From the NCBI GenBank assembly GCA_044376115.1, contig JBILLK010000007.1, positions 288,001 to 352,000 of the forward strand: DNA of 64,000 bases. Reading direction: 5' to 3'. Shown here in pieces: positions 9,306 to 19,567 of this stretch. The position numbers and the translations under genes are program-made. The notes below the pieces were generated by a model that saw nothing but the letters and a program-made list of their open reading frames with translations, had not been told where the DNA came from and ran no database searches. The first letter of the stretch is position 1. The number at the start of each line of letters is the position of its first letter. The stretch is from Polyangiaceae bacterium. GTDB taxonomy: Bacteria > Myxococcota_A > Polyangia > Polyangiales > Polyangiaceae.

Positions 9306-10265
9306 ATGAAGGTCGCGTGGATCTTTCCGGGCCAGGGTTCGCAGGAAGTTGGAATGGGGCGAGACGTCGCTGCGGCCTACTCGGCCGCAGCGCAGGCCTA
9401 CGCGGAGGCAGACGCTGCCTTCGCAAGGGCAGGGGACGCTGCGACGCTGTCCCAACTGTGCTTCGACGGACCGATCGAGGCGCTGACACTGACCGAGAAC
9501 ACGCAACCCGCGCTGGTGGCAACCGAGCTCGCGTTGGTTGCAGCGATTCGGCAGGCACACCCGGACTTGGCGCCGCCCGTCGTAGCGCTTGGGCACTCGC
9601 TCGGTGAGTACAGCGCGCTGGTAGCGGCAGGTGCGTTGAGCCTCGCGGACGCTGTTCGGCTCTGCCGTATTCGTGGAGAAGCGATGCAGGCGGCGGTTCC
9701 CCAAGGTGCCGGAGCGATGGCGGCAATTTTGGGCGCCGACCCAGAGGCGATTCGAGTCGCATGCGACGAGGCCTCGCAGGAGAACTCGCCGGTGTCGGCT
9801 GCCAACTTCAACGGTCCGGGGCAGACGGTGATCGCTGGCGCTGCCGAGGCTGTCACGCGCGCAACCGCTCTGCTCGGGGCGCGCGGCGCGAAGGTCATTC
9901 CGCTCAAGGTAAGCGCGCCCTTTCACTGCGCGTTGATGAAGCCCGCTGCGCTCGCGCTGGGCAAGGCGCTCGAGGGAGTAGAGCTTGGGCCCCTTTCGTT
10001 TCCAGTGATCGCGAACATCGACGCGGTCGCCAACGGTGACCCAGCGCGAGTGAAAGAGCTCCTCGTGCGCCAGGTGGACGGCCCAGTGCAGTGGATTCGC
10101 TGCGTTGAACAGGCCGTTGCGCTCGGCGTCGAGGTGATGGTCGAGGTTGGTCCAGGCAAAGTGCTCGCGGGTCTGATCAAGCGAATCGACAAGAAGCTGC
10201 GTGTGATTTCTGTGTCTGGTCCGGACTCGGTAGCCGGGCTCAAGAGCGCTCTCGCTCAAGGCTGA
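9306..10265 (+). CDS. fabD: Malonyl-CoA:ACP transacylase
   Basis: [32 protein letters not shown] and EVGPGKVL. Confidence 0.97.
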   Translation: MKVAWIFPGQGSQEVGMGRDVAAAYSAAAQAYAEADAAFARAGDAATLSQLCFDGPIEALTLTENTQPALVATELALVAAIRQAHPDLAPPVVALGHSLGEYSALVAAGALSLADAVRLCRIRGEAMQAAVPQGAGAMAAILGADPEAIRVACDEASQENSPVSAANFNGPGQTVIAGAAEAVTRATALLGARGAKVIPLKVSAPFHCALMKPAALALGKALEGVELGPLSFPVIANIDAVANGDPARVKELLVRQVDGPVQWIRCVEQAVALGVEVMVEVGPGKVLAGLIKRIDKKLRVISVSGPDSVAGLKSALAQG

Positions 10266-10309
10266 CTTTGCCCATCGCTTGTGCGATGAAGTGCTGACTA
10301 CGAGGAGTA

Positions 10310-11062
10310 ATGATGTTCCGGCTCGATGGAAAAGTAGCTCTGGTAACTGGCGGTTCACGAGGGATTGGTCGGGCTTGCTCGGAGGCCCTGGCAGCGCAGG
10401 GTGCGACGGTGCTCGTCAACTATGTGCGCGGTGAAGAGGAAGCCAAGAAGACCGTCGCCGCGATCGAGGCGAAGGGCGGCAAGGCAGAGGCCGTTGGCTT
10501 TGACATCGCCGATGTGGAGCGCACCGAAGCGGCCATCGCCGAGGCAGCGAAGCGGCATGGCCGTTTGGACATCCTCGTGGCGAACGCAGGCATCGCCATC
10601 GACAACCTCGTATTGAGAGTGAAAGAGGAGGAGATCGACAGGCTTTTCGCCGTGAACGTAAAGGGGTCGATCTTCGCCGCCAAAGCCGCGATCAAAGTGA
10701 TGATGCGCGCCAAGACCGGGCGCATCGTCTTCCTCAGCAGCATCGTGGGTGAAATGGGAAACGCGGGCCAGACGGGCTACGCGGCGACCAAGGCGGCTGT
10801 GCTCGGCGTCACCAAGTCGCTCGCGCGCGAGTATGCATCGCGCAACGTGACCGTGAACGCCGTGGCACCCGGCTTCATCGACACCGACATGACCACGCAG
10901 ATCAGCGGCGAGATGAAGGATGCGATGTTGAAGTCGATCCCGCTTGCTCGAACCGGCCGCTCGGAAGAGGTCGCTGCTGCTGTCGCGTTCCTGTGCTCGG
11001 ACGAGGCGAGCTACATCACCGGCGACGTGTTGCGCGTGAATGGCGGCATGTTGATGGGCTGA
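10310..11062 (+). CDS. fabG: 3-oxoacyl-ACP reductase
   Basis: [17 protein letters not shown] and [11 protein letters not shown]. Confidence 0.96.
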   Translation: MMFRLDGKVALVTGGSRGIGRACSEALAAQGATVLVNYVRGEEEAKKTVAAIEAKGGKAEAVGFDIADVERTEAAIAEAAKRHGRLDILVANAGIAIDNLVLRVKEEEIDRLFAVNVKGSIFAAKAAIKVMMRAKTGRIVFLSSIVGEMGNAGQTGYAATKAAVLGVTKSLAREYASRNVTVNAVAPGFIDTDMTTQISGEMKDAMLKSIPLARTGRSEEVAAAVAFLCSDEASYITGDVLRVNGGMLMG

Positions 11063-11141
11063 GCCCAGCCGCGAGGGCCCTCGACCTTCGCCATTTTCCG
11101 CTGGGGAGCGCTCAAATCGATACTGATTCGACGTTCGGTTG

Positions 11142-11168
11142 AATTCACGTGGATAGCCCACGCGAATT
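11142..11168. promoter_or_regulatory. Near-perfect inverted repeat upstream of acpP (possible operator or RNA hairpin)
   Basis: AATTCACGTGG-ATAGC-CCACGCGAATT, with 10 of 11 positions paired. Confidence 0.35.
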
Positions 11169-11233
11169 GGGGTACTAGGGCGAAGCCCAAACAAGGTGGG
11201 CTCATTGGCGGCGCCGCCGCTCGGAGGAAAGAC

Positions 11234-11482
11234 ATGGCAGACGGTCGCGACATCACCGCCGAGGTGAAGCGCATCATCAAGGAGCAACTCGACGTCGACG
11301 AGAAGGACATCAAGCCTGAGTCCACGTTCATCGACGACCTTGGCGCTGATTCACTTGGGCTCGTCGAGCTCGTTCTCGCGTTTGAAGAGGCCTTCGAGAT
11401 CGATATCCCGGACGAAGACACGGAGAAAATCCGTACCGTTCAGGACGCCATCACCTACATCGAAACGCACGCCAAGAAGTAG
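11234..11482 (+). CDS. acpP: Acyl carrier protein
   Basis: DDLGADSL phosphopantetheine-attachment motif and GGAGG RBS. Confidence 0.98.
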   Translation: MADGRDITAEVKRIIKEQLDVDEKDIKPESTFIDDLGADSLGLVELVLAFEEAFEIDIPDEDTEKIRTVQDAITYIETHAKK

Positions 11483-11713
11483 GCGTCGCTGCCTGCTGAA
11501 TTCGGCGTGGGTGCCGGGTTCGGCGGAGAGTAGCCAAAGCTTCGGCTGAGGCCACTATCGAGTCAAACTTCACCCAACATGAGCGCGTCACGAAAGTGGC
11601 GCGTTCGTGCTTGCGGGACCGGTAAGTCACTGCGCTGCTCGAGGTTCCTCGAGCTGGGAATTGACGGCGTAAACGGACGAACGTTTGAGGACGTTGCTCG
11701 CGAAGAGGGTTTC

Positions 11714-12985
11714 ATGGAACGAGTAGTTGTATCGGGAATCGGTTTGGTAACTCCGTGCGGAGTTGGTACCACTGAGACCTTCACCAATGTCGTTCAGGGC
11801 AAGAGTGGCATTCGGACGATCACGTTGTTCGACACGACGGGCCATTCGACCACCATCGCTGGAGAGGTGCCCGACTTCGATGCCGAGAAGTTCATCCCGC
11901 GCAAGAAGCTCAAGGAGATGGGGCGCTTCGCGCATCTCGCGGTAGCTGCCTCGATGTTGGCGTGGAAAGACGCCGGATTTAGTGAGAATCCGCCTTCCGA
12001 GGAAGTGCTCGAGAACACCGGGACCTTCCTTGGCGTGGGCCTTGGCGGGCTCGAGGGTCTGTACAACCAGTCGATCAAACTCAAAGAGTCGGGTCCTTCC
12101 AAGATCAGCCCGTACTTCATCCCGGCGGTGATCGGAAATCTCGCGGCTGGGCAAGTGGCGATGGCGCTCGGCCTAAAGGGTCCCAGCTACGCGAACACCA
12201 GCGCGTGCGCCTCGAGCGCGCACTCCGTCGGAGAGGCCTTCGAGTGGATTCGTCGCGGTCGCGCGCCGCTGATGCTGGCGGGCGGCGCTGAATCAACCAT
12301 CACCGCTCTCGGTATCGCCGGCTTCTCGGCGATGTTTGCGCTCTCCCGCCGCAATGACGCTCCCACCGAGGCGAGTCGGCCTTGGGATGAGGGGCGTGAC
12401 GGGTTCGTCTGCAGCGAAGGCGCTGGCGTACTCGTGCTCGAGGCCGAGTCGCGCGCACTCGCGCGCGGTGCGACGATCTACGCTGAGGTCACCGGTTATG
12501 GTGCTTCATGTGACGCGTACCACTTGACCAAGCCAGCCCCCAACGGGGAAGGCGCACGGCGCGCCATGAAGGCGGCGCTCGAGGACGCGAAGGTTGCGCC
12601 GGGAGACGTGGATTACGTCAACGCGCACGGCACCTCCACGCCCCACGGGGACGTCGAGGAGGCGAGGGCGATCGTCAACCTGTTTGGAGAGCACGCGCTA
12701 TCGGGGGCCCCGGACAAGCGCTTGTGGGTCAGTTCGACGAAGTCGGTCATGGGCCACCTCCTCGGCGGCGCCGGCGGAGTTGAGGCCGCGATTTGCGCCT
12801 TGGCGATTCGTGATGGTGTGGTGCCCCCAACGATCAACCTTCACAATCAGTCGCCGGAAGTTCCTCTCGACCTCGTGCCGCACGAAGCTCGCCGTCGCGT
12901 GCTGCGCCATACACTCAGCAACTCGTTCGGTTTCGGTGGCACCAACGCCTCTGTGATGATCTCTCGCTACGAGTCCAGCCGATGA
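11714..12985 (+). CDS. fabF: Beta-ketoacyl-ACP synthase II
   Basis: [35 protein letters not shown] and [12 protein letters not shown] at 11714 follows GAGGG. Confidence 0.96.
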   Translation: MERVVVSGIGLVTPCGVGTTETFTNVVQGKSGIRTITLFDTTGHSTTIAGEVPDFDAEKFIPRKKLKEMGRFAHLAVAASMLAWKDAGFSENPPSEEVLENTGTFLGVGLGGLEGLYNQSIKLKESGPSKISPYFIPAVIGNLAAGQVAMALGLKGPSYANTSACASSAHSVGEAFEWIRRGRAPLMLAGGAESTITALGIAGFSAMFALSRRNDAPTEASRPWDEGRDGFVCSEGAGVLVLEAESRALARGATIYAEVTGYGASCDAYHLTKPAPNGEGARRAMKAALEDAKVAPGDVDYVNAHGTSTPHGDVEEARAIVNLFGEHALSGAPDKRLWVSSTKSVMGHLLGGAGGVEAAICALAIRDGVVPPTINLHNQSPEVPLDLVPHEARRRVLRHTLSNSFGFGGTNASVMISRYESSR

Positions 12986-13452
12986 AATGCCCATATTGTG
13001 GGCACCTCGAGAACCACGTCGTGGATTCACGGGCCTCCAATTCCGGGGACGTGATTCGGCGACGTCGGCAGTGCGAGTCGTGCACCACGCGCTTCACCAC
13101 GTATGAACGGGTCGAGTACACCCTTCCTACCGTGGTCAAGAAAGACGGACGCCGAGAGCCCTTCGATCGCACCAAGATCGCCAAGAGCCTGCGGGTGGCG
13201 CTGTCGAAGCGGCCGGTCTCACTCGAGCGAATCGAGAGTATCGCTGACGAGATCGAGCGCGAGCTGGTGGAGGCTGATCAGCGTGAAATGGCCAGCTCGA
13301 TGATCGGCGAGCGGCTGATGCAGCGGCTACGCGAGTTGGACCAGGTGGCCTACGTTCGCTTCGCCAGCGTGTATCGTTCCTTCCGTGACATTGATGAGTT
13401 CGCCGCTGAACTTGGTAGGCTTTCGGGAGATCCCGGGGAGCGGGCACCGTGA
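12982..13452 (+). CDS. nrdR: Transcriptional repressor NrdR
   Basis: MKCPYC...IRRRRQC..C.. RFTTYE, ATP-cone region, and [11 protein letters not shown]. Confidence 0.97.
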   Translation: MKCPYCGHLENHVVDSRASNSGDVIRRRRQCESCTTRFTTYERVEYTLPTVVKKDGRREPFDRTKIAKSLRVALSKRPVSLERIESIADEIERELVEADQREMASSMIGERLMQRLRELDQVAYVRFASVYRSFRDIDEFAAELGRLSGDPGERAP

Positions 13453-14573
13453 GCAAGCGTTTCAGTCCAGCGGATGAAAAAGGGATGCGTGCGGCGATCG
13501 CTGCCGCCGAACGCAGTCTTCCGTCGCCGAACCCACCGGTCGGGGCGATCGTGGTTGACGTCAATGGCAAGACCGTTGGGGTAGGTCACCACAAAGTGGC
13601 TGGCGGGCCGCATGCAGAAGCCGTCGCTTTGGAGGCGGCCGGCGAGGCGGCACAGGGCGGAACGCTGTACGTGACGCTCGAGCCCTGCAATCACCAAGGC
13701 CGCACGCCTCCGTGCACCCTCGCGATTCAGAAGTCAGGCATTTCGCGCGTTGTGGTTGGCTGCCGCGACCCCAATCCCCACGTCGATGGCGGTGGTGCCG
13801 ACCGCTTGCGAAGTCAGGGCGTGATCGTTGAAGTCGGTCTGCTCGAAAGTGACTGCACATCGTTGATCGAGCCTTGGTCGACCTTCATTCTCACCGGCCT
13901 ACCGTTCGTCTCGCTGAAGCTGGCGCTCTCGCTCGACGGTCGCATCGCGACCCGAACGGGCGCTTCACGGTGGGTCACTGGTCCGGAGGCACGAGGTAAG
14001 GTCCAAGAGCTTCGGGCGCTCAATGACGCCATTGGTGTGGGCATCAACACGGTGATCGCAGACGATCCGCGCCTCACGGTCCGCGATCCTGATTGGGCCG
14101 GACGACGTCCGCGTCGGGTCGTGTTTGATTCGAGCCTACGCATTCCACTCGACAGTCGGTTGGTCACCGAGGTGGAGCAGGCTCCAGTGCTGATCGTGAC
14201 CACGCCCGAGGCCAACTCGGAGCTCGAGGCTGCGCTCGTTGATTCAGGGTGCGAGGTCATCCGCGCCGACGCAACGGCTGAGGGCCGGGTGGACTTCGAG
14301 TCGGCGTTGCGAGAACTCGCCGGCCGCGGCATTGTGGGCATGCTGGTGGAGGGCGGTGCCGAGCTCGCTGGGACTGCGCTAGCGGCCCGGCTGGTGCACC
14401 GCCTGCACGCGTTCGTTGCGCCTATCTTGCTTGGGCCTCGCGGTAGACCAGGGGCGGTAGACTGGGCGGGGCCGGACACGCCGCAAACGGCCCCGCGCAT
14501 CCTCGATCCCAAGTGGGAGCTGCTTGGGTCAGACGCGCACGTCAGCGGCCCCCTCGTGTTCCCTGACGAGTAG
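13449..14573 (+). CDS. ribD: Bifunctional riboflavin biosynthesis deaminase/reductase
   Basis: [31 protein letters not shown] and LVEGG. Confidence 0.96.
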   Translation: MSKRFSPADEKGMRAAIAAAERSLPSPNPPVGAIVVDVNGKTVGVGHHKVAGGPHAEAVALEAAGEAAQGGTLYVTLEPCNHQGRTPPCTLAIQKSGISRVVVGCRDPNPHVDGGGADRLRSQGVIVEVGLLESDCTSLIEPWSTFILTGLPFVSLKLALSLDGRIATRTGASRWVTGPEARGKVQELRALNDAIGVGINTVIADDPRLTVRDPDWAGRRPRRVVFDSSLRIPLDSRLVTEVEQAPVLIVTTPEANSELEAALVDSGCEVIRADATAEGRVDFESALRELAGRGIVGMLVEGGAELAGTALAARLVHRLHAFVAPILLGPRGRPGAVDWAGPDTPQTAPRILDPKWELLGSDAHVSGPLVFPDE

Positions 14574-14657
14574 ACAAGCGCCGCTCCGCCTCGGTTCGAG
14601 AGCGTTGGGCGACCGCAAAACTAAGCGCGCCGCCCGACGCCGTCTTCTCGAGCGCGA

Positions 14658-15173
14658 TTAGGCTCTGCGCTCGGAGCCAATCGTCTTTTGGACGGTGCGC
14701 GCCATCATGCGCTTCTTGAGCGGCCCCACGTGGTCGATCATCAGCACGCCCATGAGGTGGTCGTACTCATGCTGGATGGCCACGGCTAGCAGGCCATCGG
14801 CTTCAAGCTCGAACGGTTTGCCGTCCCGGTCGAGCGCGCTCACCGTAACGCGCTCCGCGCGCTTGATGTCTTCGGAGACACCTGGAAATGAAAGGCACCC
14901 TTCTTCCCAGGACTGATTGCCCTCACGTTTGAGGATCTCCGGGTTGATGAAGACCCGCAGGTCCGAAGGCTGATCTTCCCCGGCGATGTCGATGAGGAAG
15001 ATACTCAGCGCTTCACCTATCTGAGTTGCGGCCAGGCCAACACCTGGCGCGGCGTACATGGTCTCAGCCATGTCGTCGATCAGTTGGTGAATCGCGGGGG
15101 TTACGGCCTGAACGGGCAGACCTTTGTTGCGTAGCCGGGTGTCGGGGTAGTGGAGGATGGTTCGGATCGCCAT
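14658..15173 (-). CDS. def: Peptide deformylase
   Basis: GVGLAATQ, EGCLS and QHEYDHL. Confidence 0.98.
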   Translation of the reverse strand: MAIRTILHYPDTRLRNKGLPVQAVTPAIHQLIDDMAETMYAAPGVGLAATQIGEALSIFLIDIAGEDQPSDLRVFINPEILKREGNQSWEEGCLSFPGVSEDIKRAERVTVSALDRDGKPFELEADGLLAVAIQHEYDHLMGVLMIDHVGPLKKRMMARTVQKTIGSERRA

Positions 15174-15181
15174 GGCAAACG

Positions 15182-17872
15182 TCAGCGCTTAAAGATGGAC
15201 CGATCGATGGCAACGCCGCGAGAGGTTAAGTCCTCCGCGATGCGGGGAACCGTTCCTGTTGCGTTGAACGACCCCTCGACGAGCCCGCCAGCGGCGGTCC
15301 GCTCGACGGTGAAGTTGAAGATCTCACGAGCTTCAAGTGGGTTGGCGCCTGACTGCGCAAACTCCGCCACACGTGTTACTCGCTGACGACCGTCGCGCAA
15401 GCGACCAACCTCGATTACCAGATCGAACGCTCCCGCGAGCCACTCGCGCGCGGTGTCCGCGCTGATGCCCCTGCGGGAGGCAGCGATGTCCGCAGGCAAG
15501 CGCGCGGAGAGGTGCCTCAGGGTCGGGGCACGTGCCGCAGCAAGCACGCCGTCGAGCCCGTCACCAACCGCGTCCACGATCTCTCCAACCACATGCCCTG
15601 CAAACGAGCCGACGATCAGGCGGTCCGGTCGCACGCGAATGGCAGCATGCACAGTCTTTGCGCCTTCCGCTGCAGTGTCCCCAATCAGCAGCGAGATCGT
15701 GTGCGGTTGGTTCAGCACGAGCTCGTCATCCTCTTGCAGCAAAACAACGCGGTCTTCGAGGCTGCCCGCCGCGGCCAGCGCGCCGAGCAGCAACGTTGCA
15801 CCGGAGTTAGTTCCGCCAGTGACGAGAACGTTAGCCCGGCCTTGCACGACGTGGCTGAACAAGGTCGCCATTTGGCGTGAGATCATTCCTGTCCGGACGA
15901 GGTCTTCCAACGTCGAAAGAGCGCGCTGCGGTTTCCGCAGCACCAACATGTGCGCGTCCCCGGAGGCCGGCGGGATGACACCAAATAGGCGTGCACCGTG
16001 TTCAAGCCGACGCTCGACAAACACTTCGCCCTGAGCCAACGGTTTGCCCGAGCGAAGCGCCAGCCTGCGGACGAGGCGCGCAACCGCGGCTTCGCTAGTG
16101 AAGGCAATCTCGGTGGCGACCTGCTTTTGGGCGTGCAGCGCCACGATGTGGTCATGGCGAATGACCTGCACTTCGTCCACGTATTCGTCCTCGAGCAGGG
16201 GCCCAACCGGACCAAGCTCGAACAGCTCTCGTCGCGCCTCCGCCAGCAAGACCTCGGAGTCAACGCCTGGTGGAAGATCTCCGCTGGCGCGCAAAGCGGC
16301 TGCTTTCTCGGACAATGCACGTTCGATGGCAGCCACCATGGCTGAGCTTGGTGACTCACCACTGGCCAGCGGCCCGAGGTCAACCGCCGCGCCCGTTCGC
16401 TCGATCAGCTTGGCCAACGCAACGCGGTGGGACGCGGCGATCGAGGCATCGACCAGGCCTTCGCTGGCGACAGCCGAACGAACGCTCGAGCGAGGGGGCG
16501 TAGCTCCAGACGAGACGGGGATGGAGGAATGCGCCGGTGCCGCGTTGGGCGGAACCGAAGGCTGCACAGCGACGGGTGCCGGAGGTTGCGTCAGCGGAGC
16601 TGGCTGTGCCGCGGGAGCCACGGTCGCGGGAGCCACTGGTGCAACAACCACCGGAGGTGCGGAGGGCCGCCCCTCCATTTGGAGCACCGCTGGAGCCATA
16701 GGCGCAATGGGCGCAGGTGCAATGGGCGCAGGTGCAACGGGCGCTGGTGCAACGGGCGCGGGTGCAATAGGCGCGGGTGCAACGGGCGCAGGTGCAATGG
16801 GCGCTGGTGCAACGGGCGCAGGTGCAATGGGCGCTGGTGCAACGGGCGCAGGTGCAATGGGCGCGGGTGCAACGGGCGCAGGTGCAATGGGCGCGGGTGC
16901 AACGGGCGCAGGTGCAATGGGCGCTGGTGCAACGGGCGCGGGAGCAATGGGCGCTGGTGCAACGGGCGCTGGTGCAACGGGCGCGGGAGCAATGGGCGCT
17001 GGTGCAACGGGGGCCGGTGCAATCGGTGCCATGGGTGGAGGAGCCATGGGCGCCGGTGCAGGCGCTGGTGCCATGGGCGGAGGAGCCATGGGCGCTGGTG
17101 CAGGCGCTGGTGCCATGGGCGGAGGAGCGACGGGCGCGGGTGCAACGGGCGCCGATTGCATCATCCCAGGTCTGGGTGTCGGCTGGTTTGCAGGGGAGGC
17201 CGCGGCAGCAAACGGTGGCGGCGTGGCAGGAACCGAAACGCTGCCGAACGCCGGGCGCTCATTGGGCTCTGGGGTGAGTCGTTGCGGCGGCGCCATTGGG
17301 CCTGGGCCGAGAGACGTTTCCCGCGCGGAGACCGGACGGCCCGATGGTCCTAGCGGGGCAGGCGCTAGAGGGCCCATCGCTGCTGCGCGGTCAGCGGGTT
17401 GCATCGGTGCAGATTGCATCGGCGCAGGTGCCATCGGCGCTGCGGCAGGGGAAGGCGCAGGGGGAGGCGGCTGCATCGGGGGCGGGCCTGCCGTGGGTGC
17501 ACCCTGAACGTGCTCGGCTCCTGAACCCGACTCCACCGGCATCCCATCTCCGGCTCCAGCCGACGCTTGCGCCCCCGCTTCGGCCGACAGCTCGATGCGA
17601 AGTACGAAGTCGCCGATGTAGATCTTGTCGCCTTCGCGAACGATCGTCGCCTGCGCGATCTTGCGGCCGTTGACGTAAGTTCCGTTGGTGCTCTTCAGGT
17701 CGGTGACGATGAATCTTCCGTCGCGAAACAGCAGACGCGCATGCCGCTTGGAGACGTTTCCCTTCGGAAGGGTAAGGTCATTGCCCTGAACGCGGCCGAC
17801 GTTGATCTCCGTCTTGTCAAACGCCTCTCGGCGCTCGGCTCCGCCTTTCTCACTGATAATGATTGAGAACAT
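15182..17872 (-). CDS. FHA domain + Pro/Ala-rich linker + degenerate CpaF/TadA(VirB11)-family ATPase domain
   Basis: FHA motifs GR, VSKRH and DLKSTNGTYVNG. CpaF-like motifs LGPVGPLLED, VLVTGGTNSGAT, RPDRLIVG and RLRDGRQRVT. Confidence 0.85.
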   Translation of the reverse strand: MFSIIISEKGGAERREAFDKTEINVGRVQGNDLTLPKGNVSKRHARLLFRDGRFIVTDLKSTNGTYVNGRKIAQATIVREGDKIYIGDFVLRIELSAEAGAQASAGAGDGMPVESGSGAEHVQGAPTAGPPPMQPPPPAPSPAAAPMAPAPMQSAPMQPADRAAAMGPLAPAPLGPSGRPVSARETSLGPGPMAPPQRLTPEPNERPAFGSVSVPATPPPFAAAASPANQPTPRPGMMQSAPVAPAPVAPPPMAPAPAPAPMAPPPMAPAPAPAPMAPPPMAPIAPAPVAPAPIAPAPVAPAPVAPAPIAPAPVAPAPIAPAPVAPAPIAPAPVAPAPIAPAPVAPAPIAPAPVAPAPIAPAPVAPAPIAPAPVAPAPVAPAPIAPAPIAPMAPAVLQMEGRPSAPPVVVAPVAPATVAPAAQPAPLTQPPAPVAVQPSVPPNAAPAHSSIPVSSGATPPRSSVRSAVASEGLVDASIAASHRVALAKLIERTGAAVDLGPLASGESPSSAMVAAIERALSEKAAALRASGDLPPGVDSEVLLAEARRELFELGPVGPLLEDEYVDEVQVIRHDHIVALHAQKQVATEIAFTSEAAVARLVRRLALRSGKPLAQGEVFVERRLEHGARLFGVIPPASGDAHMLVLRKPQRALSTLEDLVRTGMISRQMATLFSHVVQGRANVLVTGGTNSGATLLLGALAAAGSLEDRVVLLQEDDELVLNQPHTISLLIGDTAAEGAKTVHAAIRVRPDRLIVGSFAGHVVGEIVDAVGDGLDGVLAAARAPTLRHLSARLPADIAASRRGISADTAREWLAGAFDLVIEVGRLRDGRQRVTRVAEFAQSGANPLEAREIFNFTVERTAAGGLVEGSFNATGTVPRIAEDLTSRGVAIDRSIFKR
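16701..17030 (-). repeat. 15-bp coding tandem repeat (about 22 copies, AP[I/V]AP), followed by about 42-bp Pro/Met-rich repeats to about 17150
   Basis: On the + strand the unit is gggcgc(a/t/g)ggtgcaa(t/c), largely alternating as a 30-bp super-unit. Confidence 0.9.
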
Positions 17873-18305
17873 TTCGCTGCCGGCTGGTCGGTTTTCGCAG
17901 TGCTAGACGAACGCGAGCCATCGAGGACTCGTTCGCGCGCCTGCATACTAACGTGAATTCGGAGGGCGGGGACAGGTACCTGCATACCTTGTTCAGCATT
18001 CGGTTCGTGGCGCTGAGTTGGGCCCTTTGTCATCGGCTTTACGAGCACGCCTCAGCCACTCGATGTTGCGCTTGACCAGCCGGGGAGCCGGCGTCTACGT
18101 TGCGCGCGCTCATCGAGGACCCTCGTCGAAGGGTGAGGGAGCTGCGAGTCGCGTGCTCAGCGTTTCAAGCGTTTGGCGCCCGATTCGTGATCGCTTTGGC
18201 AGGGCTTCTCTGCCGGCGCGACAGCGAGAGGCGCACCGTCTCTTGAGTCCTCGCAAAGCCTAAGCGTGGTAGGCGCTGCGGCCTGATGTGAAGTGGAGGA
18301 GTTTC

Positions 18306-18515
18306 ATGGCAGTTGGTAAAGTGAAGTGGTTCAACGACGAAAAAGGCTGGGGCTTCATCAAGCAAGACAGCGGCCCGGACGTCTTCGTTCATTACTCTCA
18401 GATCAGCGGTGACGGTCGTCGGCGCTTGTTCGAGGATGAGACGGTTGAGTTTGAAATCAAAGAGGGCCCCAAGGGCCTCCAAGCCGTGAACGTGATTCGA
18501 GCCGAGGCGAACTGA
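18306..18515 (+). CDS. Cold-shock domain protein (CspA family)
   Basis: GKVKWFNDEKGWGFI and DVFVHYS. GGAGGAG RBS upstream of ATG 18306. Confidence 0.97.
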   Translation: MAVGKVKWFNDEKGWGFIKQDSGPDVFVHYSQISGDGRRRLFEDETVEFEIKEGPKGLQAVNVIRAEAN

Positions 18516-18587
18516 CTTCACTCGTGTCGGTCGTTGAGAGGGCGGCTTGCAGCCGCCTTCTTACTTTTGTCGGTTGTGTGCGTCCTA

Positions 18588-19487
18588 TCAGCTGAGCGGC
18601 GACACGGTGAACGACTTCGAGCCGGGATCGAAGTGCGCGGTTGAGACGGCGCCAAGCGTTCCCTCAGGATCGAAGTCGAGCAGGTTGAAACCGGCCATCT
18701 TTGCGCTGTCTTCGTGCAATAGCGAGGCGCTGGTTGCGCCGATCACATCGATGTCGGCGCCGCGCACCGTCTTCACGTTGCGCCGCATGCGCTTGTGCCA
18801 ATGGCCGTGCAAGAGGACCGTGGACTTACCGGCGAGCACAGCCAGCTCCTCATCCGCGTCCGAGAGCCCCTCAAGCAGGCTCTTCATTCGATTGGCGGGG
18901 TTGTCGATCGGGTGGTGTTGAAGAATGACGCACGTACGTCGCGCGACTTCCGGATGGGCTAGTAGCGCCGCCAGCTGCGCTCGTTGGGCTGCGCCAAGCC
19001 TGCCCGCCGCAACGAACGGCAGCTGTGGGACTGCGGTCGAAAGTCCGATGATGGCCAGCGGACCGCGAAGGTGCACGTAGGGGAACGCGCCATCTCCCGT
19101 GACACTCTTGAGATCGTTCGTGAGAAACGGCGCAAACCACGTCGCGAACCGGTTCTTGCGCTCGGAGCCGCGCGTGTAAACGTCGTGGTTACCCGGAACC
19201 ATGCTGATCGCGCTGGCGGGAAGCGAGGTCTCGTTGGTCAAGAGCTCCACCACGCGGTCGAATTCTCCTTCGAGCGCCAAATTCGACACGTCGCCGGTGA
19301 TCACCAGGTGGTCCACCTTGAGCTCCGCGAGGGCTTGTAGCGCTAACCGAACCGGCTCCGGCTTGTGCTTATGACCGCGCTTGAGCTTGAGGTTTGCGTA
19401 GCCGGTGAGCCGCTTGTTGAACAAGCGTCCCGGGACCGCGCCGTCCAGATTCAGAATATGGAGGTCCGAGAGGTGAGCGATGCGCAC
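18588..19487 (-). CDS. Calcineurin-like metallophosphoesterase (Icc/CpdA-like)
   Basis: SDLH, TGD, PGNHD, HHP and HGHWH motifs. Confidence 0.88.
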   Translation of the reverse strand: MRIAHLSDLHILNLDGAVPGRLFNKRLTGYANLKLKRGHKHKPEPVRLALQALAELKVDHLVITGDVSNLALEGEFDRVVELLTNETSLPASAISMVPGNHDVYTRGSERKNRFATWFAPFLTNDLKSVTGDGAFPYVHLRGPLAIIGLSTAVPQLPFVAAGRLGAAQRAQLAALLAHPEVARRTCVILQHHPIDNPANRMKSLLEGLSDADEELAVLAGKSTVLLHGHWHKRMRRNVKTVRGADIDVIGATSASLLHEDSAKMAGFNLLDFDPEGTLGAVSTAHFDPGSKSFTVSPLS

Positions 19488-19567
19488 GCCGCGTTATGAC
19501 CCGACGCTCGGTGCGCGACAAGCCACGAGCCGGTCACAAAGTTGGGACTCGCGGTCACCTGGCCGAC

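Noticed and set aside
9042..11287. Long minus-strand ORFs 9042..10358 and 10355..11287
   Set aside because: Antisense shadows of fabD and fabG, expected in high-GC coding DNA.
7290..12985. fab genes considered as a type II PKS or secondary-metabolite cluster
   Set aside because: The context (yceD, rpmF, nrdR, ribD) is the standard primary fatty-acid locus, with no chain-length factor or cyclase.
16701..17150. Tandem repeat considered as a CRISPR array
   Set aside because: The units are contiguous with no unique spacers, are in frame within a protein, and there are no cas genes.
16044..17507. 487-aa Gly/Ala-rich ORF (GAGAT/GAGAM repeats) and the CNGRR-repeat ORF 16427..17353 on the + strand
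   Set aside because: These are antisense or alternative-frame readings of the Pro-Ala repeat inside the FHA-ATPase gene, with no independent coding evidence.
17873..18305. 433-bp divergent intergenic region before the csp gene
   Set aside because: Long leaders are normal for csp genes and divergent promoters, and I could not support a specific element.
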